Positions 33,929 to 44,648 of a stretch of 52,573 nt of DNA are shown one piece after another. Source of the stretch: Myxococcales bacterium (GTDB lineage: Bacteria; Myxococcota; Myxococcia; Myxococcales; 40CM-4-68-19). The notes under the pieces are model-generated. The model made no database searches. It was not told where the DNA came from and saw only the letters and a program-made list of their open reading frames with translations. A program made the position numbers and the translations under genes. The first letter of the stretch is position 1, and each line of letters opens with the position of its first letter. The stretch spans positions 1-52,573 of the forward strand of contig DATFTN010000104.1 of NCBI GenBank assembly GCA_035261845.1, read 5' to 3'.

Positions 33929-34010
33929 ATCGACCGCGGAGGCGTGGAGGACGCGGAGGTTTGTGTTTTTAAAATGAAATCTCCGCGCTCTCCGCGCCTC
34001 CGCGGTGGTC
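33929..34010. repeat. REP-like palindromic element, copy 3
   Basis: GATCGACCGCGGAGGCGTGGAGGACGCGGAGG ... loop TTTGTGTTTTTAAAATGAAAT ... CTCCGCGCTCTCCGCGCCTCCGCGGTGGTC. It starts 13 nt after the TAA stop at 33914-33916. Confidence 0.85.
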
Positions 34011-34096
34011 TCCTCGCCTGCGAGCACGGCGGGAGGGGTGGCGGGGTTCGGCAGGGAAGTCGGAGGCGAGGTAGGCTGTAGAGTGGGGGAAGCGGA

Positions 34097-35626
34097 ATGA
34101 TTCGGCTGAAGCACCTGTCCGGGAGCCTGCAAGGCAGGACGACGGAGCTGGCCAAGCCGGTGCTGCGTATCGGCCGCGCGCCGGACTGCGACGTCCGCTT
34201 CGACCAGGTGAACGACCCGAAAGTGTCCAACCACCACGCCGAGCTGCTGCTCGAGGAAGGCAACTGGTTCGTGGTGGACACCGCCTCGACCAACGGCACG
34301 CTGATCAACGGCCGACGGATCACCAAGCATCGGCTGGCGTCCGGCGACAAGGTGCAGATCGGCAGCGGCGGCCCGGTGGTGCAGGTCCACTTCGACGGGA
34401 TCCTGGTCGGGCAGCCGTCCTTCAAGACCGAGGCGATCCTGCTCCGCGACGTCCCGCAGCCGCCCCGCCCCATCGACGACACCGAGGAGATCTCGGCCAT
34501 CTCGGATCGTCTCAAGGAGAGCGCCGACACGCAGACCGCCCGGCTCGCCGAGCTGGCGGCGAAGAAGGTGGCCCTGGAGCGCGCCAAGGCGGGCGGCCAG
34601 TCCAGCGGCAAGACCATGTTCATCATGGCCGAGACCATGCGCCAGGTGCAGTTCAGCACCAAGGCGAAGACCAAGAAGCGCTGGGTCAAGGTGGTCGCCG
34701 CGGTGGCGGGGGCGGCCGCGCTGGTGGTCTTCGTGATGTCGGTGGTGATCGTGCAGCAGCAGCGGCAGATCGCCCTGCTGGTGCAGACCAAGAACAAGCT
34801 CGACAAGGAGATCCAGCAGGTCCAGGCGGCCATGGAGTCCGAGACCGACGCGGACAAGCTGGACCAGCTGGAGCAGAGGCTCGCCCAGCTCACCGGCAAC
34901 GTCCAGAAGGCGATGGACGACCTGGGCAAGGCGGACAAGTCCAAGGCCGCCGAGGTGGCCAACGCCGGCGACCCGATGGATCGCGACATCCGCAAGATCC
35001 TCGGCAAGTTCGATGCGAAGACCTACGCCGTGCCGCCCGTCTTCAAGGAGCGCCTGCAGTACCACGTCGACGAGCTGCTGCACGCGGGGAACCTCAAGTT
35101 CATCTACAAGCGCAAGCAGAAGTACTGGCCGATGATCCTCAAGGAGTTCGGCGCGCTCGGCCTGCCCGAAGAGATGGCGTTCATCGCCTGGGCCGAGACG
35201 CAGTTCGACCCCACCGCCCGCAGCAAGGCAGGCGCGGCGGGAATGTGGCAGCTCGGCGCCGACACAGCCCGCAACTACAACCTGCGGGTGGACGCGCAGG
35301 TGGACGAGCGGTTCGATGCGGCCAAGTCGACCCGCGCGGCCTCGCGCTACCTGGCCAACCTGCTCGCCGAGTTCGGCGAGGACTCGTTCATGCTCGCCAT
35401 GGCGAGCTACAACCGCGGCGAGTCGGGCGTGCGGCGGGTCCTGCACCAGATCGCCAGCGAGCCCGGCGGGTTCAAGAAGGAGCGCCGCGATTTCTGGCAC
35501 CTGTATCGCTTGAAGAAGCTACCCGAGGAGACCCGGGAGTACGTGCCCAAGGTGTTGGCGGCCGCGATCGTCTCCATGAACGCGCAGAAATACGGCCTCG
35601 AGCCGGCGAAGGACGACGATGATTGA
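34097..35626 (+). CDS. FHA domain - TM helix - coiled coil - SLT-family lytic transglycosylase fusion protein
   Basis: FHA: LRIGRAPDCDVRF...VSNHHAELLLEEGNWFVVDTASTNGTLINGRRI. TM: WVKVVAAVAGAAALVVFVMSVVIV. A coiled coil follows. SLT motifs: IAWAETQFDP (catalytic Glu), AAGMWQL and MASYNRGESG. Confidence 0.85.
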   Translation: MIRLKHLSGSLQGRTTELAKPVLRIGRAPDCDVRFDQVNDPKVSNHHAELLLEEGNWFVVDTASTNGTLINGRRITKHRLASGDKVQIGSGGPVVQVHFDGILVGQPSFKTEAILLRDVPQPPRPIDDTEEISAISDRLKESADTQTARLAELAAKKVALERAKAGGQSSGKTMFIMAETMRQVQFSTKAKTKKRWVKVVAAVAGAAALVVFVMSVVIVQQQRQIALLVQTKNKLDKEIQQVQAAMESETDADKLDQLEQRLAQLTGNVQKAMDDLGKADKSKAAEVANAGDPMDRDIRKILGKFDAKTYAVPPVFKERLQYHVDELLHAGNLKFIYKRKQKYWPMILKEFGALGLPEEMAFIAWAETQFDPTARSKAGAAGMWQLGADTARNYNLRVDAQVDERFDAAKSTRAASRYLANLLAEFGEDSFMLAMASYNRGESGVRRVLHQIASEPGGFKKERRDFWHLYRLKKLPEETREYVPKVLAAAIVSMNAQKYGLEPAKDDDD

Positions 35627-35939
35627 CGTGAAGAGCTTCGCCGCCTTGCGCCGGTTCTCGCCCGAAAAGCTGCAGAAGCTGAACCTCTTCGAGACCGAGC
35701 GCTTCTTCTGCGACGTCTACTGCCTGGAGCCCGGGCAGGAGCAGAAGGCGCACGCGCACGCCGGAAGCGACAAGCTGTACGCCGTCCTGGAGGGGGCAGT
35801 GGAGGTCCGGGTCGCGGGAGAGACCCGCGAGCTCCGCGCCGGCGAAGTGGCGCTCTGCCCGGCGGGCAGCGAGCACGGCGTCGCCAACCGCTCCACCGCC
35901 CGCGCCGCCCTCCTCGTCTTCATGGCCCCCCGCCCCTAA
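35619..35939 (+). CDS. Cupin domain protein
   Basis: 106 aa with GQEQKAHAHAGSDKLYAVLEG ... CPAGSEHGVAN (cupin motifs 1 and 2). The ATG overlaps the upstream stop by 8 nt (ATGATTGA). Confidence 0.75.
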   Translation: MIDVKSFAALRRFSPEKLQKLNLFETERFFCDVYCLEPGQEQKAHAHAGSDKLYAVLEGAVEVRVAGETRELRAGEVALCPAGSEHGVANRSTARAALLVFMAPRP

Positions 35940-35950
35940 AGGCTGACTGC

Positions 35951-36025
35951 TCACCGCGGAGGCGCGGAGAGCGCGGAGGATTCTCACTCCAAAAACCTCC
36001 GCGACCTCCGCGCCTCCGCGGTGAT
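35951..36025. repeat. REP-like palindromic element, copy 4
   Basis: TCACCGCGGAGGCGCGGAGAGCGCGGAGGA (35951-35980) pairs with CCTCCGCGACCTCCGCGCCTCCGCGGTGA (35997-36025). It starts 11 nt after the TAA stop at 35937-35939. Confidence 0.85.
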
Positions 36026-36090
36026 CTTCTTGTCGTGATGACGGCCGGTCCTCGCGGTGCTAAGAAGATCGGCCCTTCTCGGAGGAGAGC

Positions 36091-37656
<1,566 letters not shown>

Positions 37657-37680
37657 TCCGAGACTTTAGGCGGATCTTCG

Positions 37681-37731
37681 CCCTCTGGCCGCCCCTCGAC
37701 GAGACGGCCTCTGCGGCCATTCGTCAGAGGG
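37681..37731 (+). terminator. Bipartite hairpin downstream of malate synthase (terminator-like, no U-tract)
   Basis: CCCTCTGGCCGC (37681-37692) pairs with GCGGCC (37713-37718) and CAGAGGG (37725-37731). It begins 25 nt after the TGA stop. Confidence 0.3.
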
Positions 37732-37736
37732 ACGTC

Positions 37737-37766
37737 TTGCCTAGGACAGTGGTCGGTATCTATAGT
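37737..37766 (+). promoter_or_regulatory. Sigma-70-like promoter candidate for tctCBA (TTGCCT-N18-TATAGT)
   Basis: TTGCCT at 37737-37742, an 18-nt spacer, then TATAGT at 37761-37766. SD AGGAGG at 37782-37787 and ATG at 37795 follow. Confidence 0.35.
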
Positions 37767-37794
37767 GCGCCCCCACCGGACAGGAGGACACACG

Positions 37795-38796
37795 ATGAGC
37801 CGCCACTTTCTGGTGGGACGCTCGTTCGTTCTGGCTCCAGCCGCCGTCGCAGCGGCAGCGGTGCTCGTCTCGGGGCCGGCGCGCGCGTGGGAGCCGACCA
37901 AGCCGATCGAGTTCGTCATCCCCGCCGGCACCGGCGGAGGCGCCGATCAGATGGCCCGCCTGATCAGCGGGGTGGCGGAGAAGCACAAGCTCTCTCCCCA
38001 GCCGATCATCGCCATCAACAAGTCGGGCGGCGCGGGCGCGGAGGGCTTCCTCTACGTCAAGGAGAAGAAGGGCGACGCGCACACCATCATCATCACCCTC
38101 TCCAACCTCTTCACCACGCCGCTGGCGCAGGGGACGCCGTTCAACTGGCGCGATCTGACGCCGGTTGCGCGGATCGCGCTCGACCAGTTCATCCTCTGGG
38201 TGAATGCCGAGACGCCCTACAAGACGGCCAAGGAATACCTGGCGGCGGTCAAGGAGCACTCGGGCGGCGACAACCGCATGAAGATGGGCGGGACCGGCTC
38301 GAAGCAGGAGGACCAGATCATCACCGTCCAACTCGAGCAAGGGCTAGGCGTGAAGTTCAGCTACGTCCCTTTCAAGGGCGGCGGAGAGGTGTGCGTCAAC
38401 CTGGTGGGCAAGCACATCGATTCCACCGTCAACAACCCCATCGAGTGCGTCAGCCACATGAGGTCGGGGAGCGTACGGCCGCTCGCGGTGTTCGACACCC
38501 AGCGCATCCCCGACCCGCTCTGGAAGGACGTCCCGACCGTGAAGGAGGCGCTCGGGGTCGACATCCACTACCAGATGCTGCGGGGCATCTTCGGCCCTCC
38601 CAACATGCCGAAGGAAGCGGTCGACTTCTACGTGAACCTCCTCCGCAAGGTCTACGAGACGCCCGAATTCAAGAAGTACCTCGAGGACGGGGCGCTGAAG
38701 CCCGCCTTCACCACCGGCGCCGAGTACGCCAAGTGGGTGGAGGAGAACGAGAACCTGCACAAGGAGCTGATGGCCAAGGGCGGCCTGCTCAAGTAA
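37795..38796 (+). CDS. tctC: Tripartite tricarboxylate transporter substrate-binding protein (TctC/Bug family)
   Basis: Signal-like MSRHFLVGRSFVLAPAAVAAAAVLVSGPARA. Motifs PIEFVIPAGTGGGADQMARL, VPFKGGGE and LRGIFGPPNMP. ATG 37795 follows SD AGGAGG. Confidence 0.85.
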   Translation: MSRHFLVGRSFVLAPAAVAAAAVLVSGPARAWEPTKPIEFVIPAGTGGGADQMARLISGVAEKHKLSPQPIIAINKSGGAGAEGFLYVKEKKGDAHTIIITLSNLFTTPLAQGTPFNWRDLTPVARIALDQFILWVNAETPYKTAKEYLAAVKEHSGGDNRMKMGGTGSKQEDQIITVQLEQGLGVKFSYVPFKGGGEVCVNLVGKHIDSTVNNPIECVSHMRSGSVRPLAVFDTQRIPDPLWKDVPTVKEALGVDIHYQMLRGIFGPPNMPKEAVDFYVNLLRKVYETPEFKKYLEDGALKPAFTTGAEYAKWVEENENLHKELMAKGGLLK

Positions 38797-38800
38797 CTGG

Positions 38801-39262
38801 ATGCGCGCCGCCGACATCGCCACCGCATCCCTCCTGATGCTCCTCGGCGTGGTCGTTCTGGTCGAGGCCATCCGGCTAGGCTTCCGCTGGGGACCCGATG
38901 GCCCCCAGAGCGGCTTCTTCCCCTTCTGGCTGGCGGTGGTGGTGATCGCCCACAGCGCGGCCATCCTCGTGCAGGCGGTGAGGAAACGCTCCGGCGAGCC
39001 GTTTGCCACCCGCGAACAGCTGCGCTCGGTGCTCACCGTCGCCTGGCCTGCCGCGGCGATGGTCCTGCTCACGCAATTCATCGGGCTGTACGTTGCGGCG
39101 GTGCTCTACCTCGCCTCCTACATGCGCCTGGTCGGGCGCCACTCCTGGGTGACCACCGTCGGCCTCTCGCTCGCCATTCCCCTCCTCACCTTCCTGCTGT
39201 TCGAGAAGTGGTTTCTGGTGCCGCTCCCCAAGGGACCGCTCGAGGCGTGGCTGGGTTACTGA
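38801..39262 (+). CDS. tctB: Tripartite tricarboxylate transporter small membrane subunit (TctB family)
   Basis: 153 aa with four hydrophobic segments and the FFPFWLA motif. It sits between the tctC and tctA homologues. Confidence 0.75.
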   Translation: MRAADIATASLLMLLGVVVLVEAIRLGFRWGPDGPQSGFFPFWLAVVVIAHSAAILVQAVRKRSGEPFATREQLRSVLTVAWPAAAMVLLTQFIGLYVAAVLYLASYMRLVGRHSWVTTVGLSLAIPLLTFLLFEKWFLVPLPKGPLEAWLGY

Positions 39263-39265
39263 CCT

Positions 39266-40783
39266 ATGGGCATCGAGAACATCCTCCTCGGCTTCCACGT
39301 CGCGATCACGCCCTACAACCTGATGGTGGCGGTGGTCGGGATCGCGCTCGGGACCGTCATCGGCGTGCTGCCGGGGCTGGGCGGCGCCAACGGCGTCGCC
39401 ATCCTGCTTCCGCTCACGTTCCGCATGCCGCCGACCTCGGCGATCATCCTGCTGACCTCCCTTTACTGGGGGGCGCTCTTCGGCGGGGCGATCACCTCGG
39501 TGCTCTTCAACATCCCCGGCGAGCCGTGGTCGGTCGCCACCACGTTCGACGGGTACCCTCTCGCGCGCAAGGGCCAGGGAGCCCAGGCGCTCACCGCCGC
39601 CTTCTCCTCCTCCTTCGTCGGCGCGCTCTTCGCCACCATCCTCATCACGCTATTCGCGCCGCTCCTGGCCAACCTCGCGCTGAAGTTCGGTCCGCCGGAG
39701 TTCTTCGCCATCCAGATGCTCACCTTCTCCAGCTTCGTGGGGCTAGGCGGGTCGGATCCCCTGAAGTCCATCGTCTCCATCGCGCTGGGCTTCATGCTCG
39801 CCGCGGTGGGGCTCGACATCGTCACCGGCCAGCTCCGCCTCACCTTCGGCCTCACCCCGCTCATGACCGGGTTCGATTTCATCGTGGCCGTCATCGGGCT
39901 GTTCGGCATCGGCGAGATCCTCATCAGCGTGGAAGAGGGGCTGAAATTCGAGGGCGCCCGGACGAAGCTGAACCTGCGCGTCGTGCTCGACACCTGGAAG
40001 GAGCTTCCGCGCTACTGGCGCACCTTCCTGCGCGGATGCTTCATCGGGTTTTGGATGGGATTCAAGCCGGGCGGCGCGACGCCGGCCTCCTTCATGAGCT
40101 ACGCGTTCGCGCGGCGGGCGTCCAAGCACCCGGAGCGCTTCGGCAAGGGCGAGCTGGAGGGAGTGGTGGCCCCCGAGACGGCCGCCCACGCAGCCGGCGT
40201 CGCCGCCATGCTGCCGATGATCACGCTGGGCATCCCCGGCTCGCCCACCGCGGCGGTGATGTTCGGCGGCCTGATCATCTGGGGGCTCCAGCCCGGTCCC
40301 ATGCTGTTCAAGGAGCAGCCCGAGTTCGTCTGGGGACTCATCGCCAGCATGTACACCGGCAACCTGATCGGCGTTCTGATGGTGCTGGCCTTCGTGCCGT
40401 TCTTCGCGGCGATCCTCCGCGTGCCCTTCGCCATCCTCACCCCGTTCATCGTGCTGGTGTGCGCGATCGGCTCCTACGCCGTGCACAACAACATGATCGA
40501 CGTCTGGTACATGATCTTGTTCGGGGTCGTCGGATATGTGTTCAAGAAGCTCCAGTACCCGCTCGCGCCGCTGGTCCTTGCCCTCGTGCTCGGGGACATG
40601 GCCGAGAGCGCGCTGAGGCAGAGCTTGATCATGTCGCAGGGCTCGCTCCTCATCTTCCTGCGGCGGCCGATCGCGGCCGCGATCACCTTGCTGGCGCTCT
40701 TCTTCTTCATCCTCCCGGCGATCAACACCTGGCGGCGGCGCGAACGGGGTCCCCACGCGCCGGCGGCCCCCCACGAAGCGTGA
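39266..40783 (+). CDS. tctA: Tripartite tricarboxylate transporter large permease (TctA family)
   Basis: 505 aa polytopic membrane protein with [42 protein letters not shown] and [15 protein letters not shown]. Confidence 0.85.
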   Translation: MGIENILLGFHVAITPYNLMVAVVGIALGTVIGVLPGLGGANGVAILLPLTFRMPPTSAIILLTSLYWGALFGGAITSVLFNIPGEPWSVATTFDGYPLARKGQGAQALTAAFSSSFVGALFATILITLFAPLLANLALKFGPPEFFAIQMLTFSSFVGLGGSDPLKSIVSIALGFMLAAVGLDIVTGQLRLTFGLTPLMTGFDFIVAVIGLFGIGEILISVEEGLKFEGARTKLNLRVVLDTWKELPRYWRTFLRGCFIGFWMGFKPGGATPASFMSYAFARRASKHPERFGKGELEGVVAPETAAHAAGVAAMLPMITLGIPGSPTAAVMFGGLIIWGLQPGPMLFKEQPEFVWGLIASMYTGNLIGVLMVLAFVPFFAAILRVPFAILTPFIVLVCAIGSYAVHNNMIDVWYMILFGVVGYVFKKLQYPLAPLVLALVLGDMAESALRQSLIMSQGSLLIFLRRPIAAAITLLALFFFILPAINTWRRRERGPHAPAAPHEA

Positions 40784-40788
40784 GCCAA

Positions 40789-42051
40789 ATGACCGAACAG
40801 AAGCGGATGAAGCACATCCTATGGCTCTCGCTGGCCACGCTGGTCGCGCTGCAGTGGGTGGTCATCCGCGTCAGCGGGGTCCATCTCCCGCACCTGTGGA
40901 CGGCCATCCTTTCCGGGGTGGGGATCTTGGGGGCCGCGGTCCTGCTCTCCTGGGCGGCGGAGGTGGCGCAGATCGACATCCCGCAGAGCCTGGCGCTCGC
41001 GTTCCTCGCGCTGATCGCCGTGCTCCCCGAGTACGCGGTGGACATGTACTTCGCCTGGACCGCCGGCAAGAACCCCGCGTACACGCAGTACGCCACTGCC
41101 AACATGACCGGCGCCAACCGCCTGCTGATCGGCTTCGGCTGGGCCGCGGTGGTGATCGTCTACTGGCTGAAGACGCGCAAGCGGGCGGTCGAGCTGGATC
41201 CTTCCCACTCGATGGAGATCTCCTATCTCACCGTCGCGACCGTCTACTCGTTCGTCATCCCGCTCAAGGGCACTCTGTCGCTGGTCGACACCGCCGTGCT
41301 GCTGTCGATCTTTGGCTTCTACATCGTTACGGCGTCGCGTGCCGGGATGGAGGAACCGGAGCTCGGCGGGCCTTCGGAATTCCTCGGGACCTTCTCCAAA
41401 GTGCCCCGCCGCCTCTGCACCATCGGTCTGTTCGCCGTCGCCGGGCTCACCATCTTCCTCGCCGCCGAGCCTTTCGCCGAGAGCCTGCTCGCCACCGGCC
41501 GCGCGTACGGGGTGGAGGAGTTCATCCTCGTCCAGTGGATCGCCCCGCTGGCCTCGGAATCCCCGGAGTTCATCGTCGCCATCCTCTTCGCGGTGCGGGG
41601 GAACCCGGGCGCGAGCATCGGCACCCTCATCTCCTCCAAGGTGAACCAGTGGACGCTCCTGATCGGGATGCTCCCGCTCGCCTATTCGGCGTCCTCCGGT
41701 CACGTCGCGGTGATGCAGCTCGACCGCCGCCAGGTGGAAGAGGTCCTGCTCACCGCGGCGCAGTCGTTCTTCGGCGTGGCCGTCATCGCGAACATGCGGT
41801 TTTCCATCGTCGAAGCCGCGGTCGTCGCCGGGCTCTTCGCCAGCCAGCTCTTCTTCACTTCGCCGGGGGTCCGCTACGGGTACTCCGCCGTCTACGTCCT
41901 GCTCACCCTCCTGCTACTGGCGACCAACCGTGAGATAAGACACGGCTTTTTCGACGTCAGGCGGCTCCGCCCCGGCAACCGCGCGCAGCTCGCCGAGCAC
42001 GGCCACCGCTTGGGGGTGGAGGGCGAGAGCCGCGCCGGAGACCTTCGTTAG
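40789..42051 (+). CDS. Sodium/calcium exchanger (CaCA superfamily) membrane protein
   Basis: ATG 40789. Polytopic, with two internal alpha-repeat-like regions ([12 protein letters not shown] and [15 protein letters not shown]). The upstream part of ORF 39208..42051 is out of frame with tctA and is rejected. Confidence 0.65.
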   Translation: MTEQKRMKHILWLSLATLVALQWVVIRVSGVHLPHLWTAILSGVGILGAAVLLSWAAEVAQIDIPQSLALAFLALIAVLPEYAVDMYFAWTAGKNPAYTQYATANMTGANRLLIGFGWAAVVIVYWLKTRKRAVELDPSHSMEISYLTVATVYSFVIPLKGTLSLVDTAVLLSIFGFYIVTASRAGMEEPELGGPSEFLGTFSKVPRRLCTIGLFAVAGLTIFLAAEPFAESLLATGRAYGVEEFILVQWIAPLASESPEFIVAILFAVRGNPGASIGTLISSKVNQWTLLIGMLPLAYSASSGHVAVMQLDRRQVEEVLLTAAQSFFGVAVIANMRFSIVEAAVVAGLFASQLFFTSPGVRYGYSAVYVLLTLLLLATNREIRHGFFDVRRLRPGNRAQLAEHGHRLGVEGESRAGDLR

Positions 42052-42058
42052 AAATCCC

Positions 42059-42073
42059 TTGCGCAGTGCGCAA
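42059..42073. promoter_or_regulatory. Perfect 7-1-7 palindrome TTGCGCA-G-TGCGCAA (operator-like)
   Basis: Direct reading. The site lies 27 nt upstream of ATG 42100 of the acyl-CoA synthetase gene. Confidence 0.4.
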
Positions 42074-42099
42074 AGAATGGGCATCTGCAACGATCGGGA

Positions 42100-43623
42100 A
42101 TGGAGACGATCGCCGATCTGCTGCAGGGGGGCGCCGAAGGCTCGGTGGCGATCGGCGCCCCGGAGAAACGCCAGCCCCTGCGGTACGGCGAGCTGCGGGC
42201 CCTGGTCGCCGCCACCATCCGCGACCTGAATACCCTGGGGATCGGCCGCGGCGACCGCGTCGTGACGGTCATCCCCAATGGTCCGGAGGCGGCCACGGCG
42301 TTCATCTCGGTCGCCGCCGGAGCTACGGCGGCGCCGCTCAGCCGCGGACTGACGGCGGACGAGTTCAGGTTCAACCTCGTCGACCTCCGGGCCAAGGCGC
42401 TGCTGATCCTGGAAGGGCTGGCTTCGCCGGCGCGCGAGATAGCCGCCCAGCTGGGCGTGAAGCTCATCGAGCTGGTGCCCGAGCCCGCCCGCGGCGCGGG
42501 GGCCTTCACCCTCAAGCCGTCGCGCCGGAATGGCTCGGTCCCGGGGAAGGGCGGGCCCGCCGAGCCGGACGACGTGGCCCTGGTGCTGCACACTTCGGGG
42601 TCCACCTCGCGTCCGAAGATCGTACCGCTCTTGCAGCGCAACGTGATCGCGTCCGCCCGGAACATCCGGACCGCGCTGCAGCTCACCTCGGACGATGTCT
42701 GCCTGAACATCATGCCGCTGTTCCACATCCACGGCCTGATGGCGGCGGTGCTGTCTTCGCTCTCCGCGGGCGCCCAGGTGTGGTGCTCGCCCCCGTTCAA
42801 TGCCCTGCGCTTCTTCCACTGGCTCGACGAGGTCCGGCCCACCTGGTACACGGCGGTGCCGACCATGCACCAGGCGATCCTCTCCCGCGCCTCGCGGCAC
42901 GCGGAGGAGCTGCGTAGGGCGCGGTTGCGGCTGATCCGCTCGTCCTCGGCCTCGCTGGCGCCGAGCGTGATGGAGGAGCTCGAGCGCACGTTCGGCTGCC
43001 CGGTGGTCGAGGCCTTCGGAATGACGGAAGCCTCCCACCAGATGACCTGCAATCCGCTTCCGCCTCGCGCGCGCAAGGCCGGAACGGTGGGCGTGCCCGC
43101 CGGACCCGAGGTCGCGATCATGGACGAGGAGGGCAAGATCCTGCCCCGCGGCCAGACGGGCGAGGTGGTCATCCGGGGCCCGAACGTCACCCCCGGGTAC
43201 GAAGCCAACCCGGAGGCGAACGAGAGCGCGTTCATCGACGATTGGTTCCGCACCGGCGACCAGGGCGTCATCGACCGCGACGGCTACCTCCAACTGACCG
43301 GGCGGCTCAAGGAGCTGATCAATCGCGGGGGCGAGAAGATCGCGCCGATCGAGATCGACGTGGTGCTGATGGAGCACCCCGCCGTCCAGCAGTGCGTGAC
43401 CTTCGCCGTCCCGCACGACAAGCTGGGCGAGGACATCGCGGCGGCGGTGGTGCTGCGCGACGGCCACGCCTGCTCCGAGCGCGAGCTGCGCGAATTCGCG
43501 GCGCAACGGCTGGAGCACTGGAAGGTGCCGCGCAAGCTGATCTTCGTGCAGGAGATCCCCAAGGGGCGTACCGGCAAGTTGCAGCGCATCGGCCTGGCTG
43601 CCAAGCTGGGCCTGGCCGGATGA
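42100..43623 (+). CDS. AMP-dependent acyl-CoA synthetase, AAE3/Pcs60 (oxalate--CoA ligase)-like
   Basis: AMP-binding motif LVLHTSGSTSRPKIV, then MPLFHIHGL, WYTAVPTMHQAIL, FRTGDQG, INRGGEKI and GKLQR. Overall similarity to oxalyl-CoA synthetases is judged by eye. Confidence 0.75.
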   Translation: METIADLLQGGAEGSVAIGAPEKRQPLRYGELRALVAATIRDLNTLGIGRGDRVVTVIPNGPEAATAFISVAAGATAAPLSRGLTADEFRFNLVDLRAKALLILEGLASPAREIAAQLGVKLIELVPEPARGAGAFTLKPSRRNGSVPGKGGPAEPDDVALVLHTSGSTSRPKIVPLLQRNVIASARNIRTALQLTSDDVCLNIMPLFHIHGLMAAVLSSLSAGAQVWCSPPFNALRFFHWLDEVRPTWYTAVPTMHQAILSRASRHAEELRRARLRLIRSSSASLAPSVMEELERTFGCPVVEAFGMTEASHQMTCNPLPPRARKAGTVGVPAGPEVAIMDEEGKILPRGQTGEVVIRGPNVTPGYEANPEANESAFIDDWFRTGDQGVIDRDGYLQLTGRLKELINRGGEKIAPIEIDVVLMEHPAVQQCVTFAVPHDKLGEDIAAAVVLRDGHACSERELREFAAQRLEHWKVPRKLIFVQEIPKGRTGKLQRIGLAAKLGLAG

Positions 43624-44606
43624 AGATCACCGTCTTCGGCGCCGGGGCGATCGGCGGCTTCATGGGCGCCAGGTTGGCGCTCGCGGGGCAGGATGTGACC
43701 CTGATCGCGCGCGGTCCGCACCTCGCCGCCATGCGCGAGAGAGGGCTCAAGCTGATCAGCGAGGGCCGGACGGAGGTGGCGCGGCCCCGCTGCACCGGCG
43801 ATCCCCGCGAGGTCGGCCCGCAGGACTACGTGATCCTGGGCGTCAAGGCGCACGCGCTGTCCGGGATCGCGGACGCCGTGCAGCCGCTCCTCGGCCCGGA
43901 CACCACACTGGTGCCGGCCGTGAACGGCGTCCCGTGGTGGTACTTCTACGAGCACGGCGGGCCCTACGAGGGAACCAGGCTGCAGACCGTCGATCCGGGC
44001 GGCGTGCTCTGGCAGAAGCTGCCGCCCAGCCGCGTGGTCGGGTGCATCGTCTACGCCGCGACCGAGGTCGTGGAGCCCGGCGTCATCGAGCACACCTATT
44101 CGGATCGCTTCGACGTCGGCGAGCCGGACGGCTCGAAGAGCGAGCGCGTCCAGGCGTTCTCGCGGGCGATGATCGAAGCGGGTCTGCGCGCTCCGGTGCG
44201 GCAGCGCGTCCGCGACAATCTCTGGGTCAAGCTGTGGGGGAACCTCTCCTTCAACATGATCTGCTCGCTCACGATGAGCGATCTTTCCAGCGTCACCGCC
44301 GACCCCGGGACTCGCGCGGTGGCCCGCCAGATGATGGTGGAGGCGCAGGCCGTGGCCGAGAAGCTGGGCGTGAAGTTCCCGCTCGACGTCGATGCTCGGA
44401 TCGCCGGCGCAGCGAGCGTCGGCGCGCACAAGCCTTCCACCCTGGTCGACCTCGAGCGCGGGCGCCCGATGGAGATCGACCCTCTGCTGGGCGCCGTGGT
44501 CGAGATGGGCCGGCTGGTCGGGCTCCCCACCCCCACCTGCGACACGGTGCTCGCCCTGGTGCGCCAGCGGGCGCGCGCCGCCGGGCTGTACGCGCCGCCT
44601 GCGTAG
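43620..44606 (+). CDS. Ketopantoate reductase (ApbA/PanE) family oxidoreductase
   Basis: ATG 43620 overlaps the upstream TGA (ATGA). Rossmann motif MKITVFGAGAIGGFMGARLA. C-terminal ApbA motifs are KPSTLVDLERGRPMEID. Confidence 0.75.
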   Translation: MKITVFGAGAIGGFMGARLALAGQDVTLIARGPHLAAMRERGLKLISEGRTEVARPRCTGDPREVGPQDYVILGVKAHALSGIADAVQPLLGPDTTLVPAVNGVPWWYFYEHGGPYEGTRLQTVDPGGVLWQKLPPSRVVGCIVYAATEVVEPGVIEHTYSDRFDVGEPDGSKSERVQAFSRAMIEAGLRAPVRQRVRDNLWVKLWGNLSFNMICSLTMSDLSSVTADPGTRAVARQMMVEAQAVAEKLGVKFPLDVDARIAGAASVGAHKPSTLVDLERGRPMEIDPLLGAVVEMGRLVGLPTPTCDTVLALVRQRARAAGLYAPPA

Positions 44607-44648
44607 GTTCGACCTCGAAATCGACCTCCGCTGCTACACTGCTAGGCG

